From contig CM052816.1 in assembly GCA_028534125.1 (NCBI GenBank), positions 75,332,001 through 75,396,000 on the forward strand: a DNA stretch of 64,000 nucleotides. Direction: 5' to 3'. Source of the DNA: Lama glama. Lineage: Eukaryota. A model generated the notes under the pieces. The model searched no databases, had not been told where the DNA came from, and saw nothing but the letters and a program-made list of their open reading frames with translations. A program made the position numbers and the translations under genes. Each line of letters begins with the position of its first letter. The first letter of the stretch is position 1. Shown here one piece after another: positions 61,498 to 64,000 of this stretch.

Positions 61498-62739
61498 TTT
61501 TATAGAGAATGTGGTCACTGATTATAAACATCTTAAGGATATTTCCAAATCTGATATCCTCTGATGCTTTTCTAAAAGGTGCAAGGAGGAAATATACAAG
61601 AAAGAGGAGGATGCATTAACAAACAAGACACATATATGGCACCTATATCGTTTGGCAACATCTATTGTACATTATTAGCTAGGAATTTTCCATGTGGTAA
61701 AAGAATGCCCAAGTGGAATATTTAAAAAGTGTCAGGTAACATGATTTCCCAAAAATATAACCAACAAATAACACAATGAAAAACACTCTTCTCAGACTAA
61801 TTGACTTAAAATTTTGCACTTGTTTGGTACTATTAAAAGACTCTGACTTTGTAAGACCGCTGTCAGGAGGAAATTATAGAATTAACAGCATAATGAATCT
61901 TATTTTCTTGCAGAACAGATGACATATTCCTCTACACTTTGCACCTGCAGTTGTCACTGATTAAAGGGGAAAAAAGGAAAAGGCCCTCTGATCACTATGC
62001 ATGATTACAGGGCCCATAGACACACAGACTCATTAGCACCTGGGATATTATGATCAAATTAATTCTGTTTGTGTTCATTCTGCTTGTTAGCATTTTCCCT
62101 AAGGAATGAGAAATTTCTGAATTTGACTTTTTAAAAAATTGCACATCTGATTTGAATGCTATAAGCACATTTATCTTTGAAAGAACATGTCCGGGACATG
62201 GAGTTGCACAAAGTACTATACACAAAAGGCTGTGATGATGTAAGGAAAACCTCCCTCCCTCCAGCTTTTGCTGGGCAGTTTGGGCTGGAAAAGTCTCCCA
62301 TTTTAGTGACCATGACAATTGTTTTCTTTAGAAGTAGGCTCAGATTTTCTGGGCTTCTGATACATTACTCCTAGCATAATGGTACCCAGTGGGAAATCCT
62401 AACAGATGACTGATGTAAGACGATGTGCTCACTATTTCTAAGTGGTCTAGACTTGGTGGCCTTTCTGTTTTGCCAGAGGAAGTAGAGGTACCCATGTGAC
62501 TCTGCATAGTGCATGGTCCAAAGCATAAATGAAGTTTTTCTCAGGTAATCCTCTCCCACCTCCCTCCCAAAAAAAAAAAAAAACCCTCAAACCAGCCAAA
62601 GACCTGCCATCTTTGTATTGGGGGAGTGGAAATGTAGTGTCAATTTCTCTATCTCATTAAGGGTGCCAAAGTTTACTCCTAGTTCCTACTTGGGGAGAAA
62701 GTCTACTGATCACAGAATTTCTTGTCATCTAAATTGAAG

Positions 62740-63177
62740 ACTTGTAGGTTGGGTTTCCCAAGAAACAGACTCTTAGACTCTGAGATTTGTGTGCAGTTTT
62801 ATTCTGGAGTTCCATTGACATCCATGTCTATGGGAGAGTGAAGGGACAGGACTGGTTAGGGGGAGAAGCTGGGCTGTGGTGCTGTCACAACAAAGGCCTT
62901 AGCTGCACATGCAGGGAGCCCTGGAACTAGGGTAACCTTCTGAGTTGTCCCATCTTGAGGCAAGTGCCTATATCCACTCCTTCCCAGTGATCAGTCATTG
63001 GATGCAGGTTGTCCCCGGAGAGGGTGTGTGACCTTGAGTGGTGTACTAACTCTTTAGCTGAGGGCAATTCTCAGACAGACATTGACCCGAGAGCTGACAG
63101 CCAGCAGCGTTCTGAGCAGCCGGAGGAGTGAGTGCTCTCACTCTGGGAAGGGACGGTCTGGGCAGCTCTTCCATACA
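62740..63177 (-). mobile_element. ERVL solo LTR (LTR16A-like)
   Basis: ggttgggtttcccaagaaacagactct…gtcacaacaaaggcctt…cagtcattggatgcagg…gtgaccttgag…agctgagggcaatt…ccataca. Confidence 0.8.
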
Positions 63178-63299
63178 TAGAGAAACTTTTTCAGTCACTT
63201 GCTTCAGGTATCCTAAAACTAGGGAAGATGAAGGTAGCTAACGTTTATTTACTGCCTACCTTGTAATAAGCACTTGAAGCATTAACACTAAGAATGGAG

Positions 63300-63510
63300 G
63301 AGCAGCTATCATTTATTGAGTTCTTATCTCTCAAATGTTATGTTCATTTTGTTATGAATGCTATTCAATTCACTCTCCACATTAATTCACTCTTTTTATT
63401 CTCTTTCACAAAAAAGGAAACTGGAGCTGGAAAAGTTTAAGTAACATGCCTAAAGTTACACAAGTATAAGTAAGAGTGCCAGGATTTGAACTCAGTCTGC
63501 TTCAAAATTC
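63300..63510 (-). mobile_element. MIR
   Basis: agctatcatttattgag…aagtaacatgcctaaagttacaca…gccaggatttgaactcag. Confidence 0.75.
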
Positions 63511-63519
63511 ACTCTCTCT

Positions 63520-64000
63520 CTCTTTTCTTTTATTTGAAGTATAGTCAGTTACAACGTGTCAACTTCTGTTGTACAGCATAATGTCCCAGTCATGTATATA
63601 TATGCATATATTCATTTCATATTCTTTTCCATTAAAGGTTATTACAAGATATTGAATATAGTTCCTTGTGCTAAACAGAAGAACTCTGTTTTTTAAACTA
63701 TTTTTAAATATAGTGGTTAGCATTTGCAAATCTCAAACTCCCAAATTTATTCCTTCACTCTCCCTTTCCCCAGTAATGCTTGTTTACTGTGTCTGTGAGT
63801 CTTTCTTTTGTAGATGAGTTCATTAGTGTCCTCTTTTTTTTTTTTTTTTAGATTCCACATGTAGGTGATATCATATGGTATTTCTCTTTCTGGCTTAATT
63901 CATTTAGAATGAGGATTTTTCAAGTCCATCTATGTTGCTGCAAATGGCATTATTTTATCCTTTTTTATCACTGAGTAGTGTTCTATTATATAAACATATC
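63520..64000 (-). mobile_element. Young artiodactyl/camelid-type L1 3' end, running off the window edge
   Basis: tttgaagtatagtcagttacaa…catttgcaaatctcaaactccca…tttagattccacatgt…gtccatctatgttgctgcaaatggcatt. Confidence 0.92.

Larger units (their letters stand above)
27055..64000 (+). other. PLCXD3: 5' part of the PLCXD3 intron downstream of exon 2
   Basis: Begins GTAAGT. The expected last exon (…ALPAMMQWVRTQKPGESGINIV…) was not found by reading; at about 50 aa it would also fall below the ORF-track cutoff. Confidence 0.75.

Noticed and set aside
61895..61990. Acceptor-like cttattttcttgcAG as PLCXD3 exon 3
   Set aside because: The translation (R-TDDIFLYTLHLQ…) is unrelated to the PLCXD3 C-terminus.

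Overview
Mammalian (eutherian) genomic DNA, AT-rich and repeat-rich. The only supportable coding feature is one 709-bp internal exon of PLCXD3 (PI-PLC X-domain containing 3; exon 2) on the + strand at 26346-27054, with canonical AG/GT boundaries. The rest appears to be the two flanking introns; I found neither exon 1 nor exon 3. The introns carry ancient repeats (L1M, L2, L3/CR1, MIR, MaLR/ERVL/ERV1 solo LTRs, Tigger/MER2-group, hAT-Charlie and MARNA DNA transposons), younger artiodactyl-type L1 3' ends and microsatellites. No Alu, BovB/Bov-A, PRE-1 or SINEC elements were recognised, so a camelid-like host is my inference. There is no prokaryotic system, CRISPR array or recognisable RNA gene, and I cannot support a whole new biological system. 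The best leads are: (1) a 128-bp tailless internal L1 reverse-transcriptase fragment with a perfect 13-bp target-site duplication (38548-38701); (2) a sense LTR33 that could act as an in-frame alternative terminal exon of PLCXD3 (8072-~8470); (3) a possible intronic poly(A) site just after exon 2; (4) a 56-bp dispersed doublet 1.1 kb apart; (5) a 78-nt cloverleaf-shaped fold at 59083-59160; (6) a phased triple octamer-like motif; and several nested transposon insertions. Repeat family names come from recalled consensus sequences, not a database search, and repeat boundaries are approximate unless termini are quoted.
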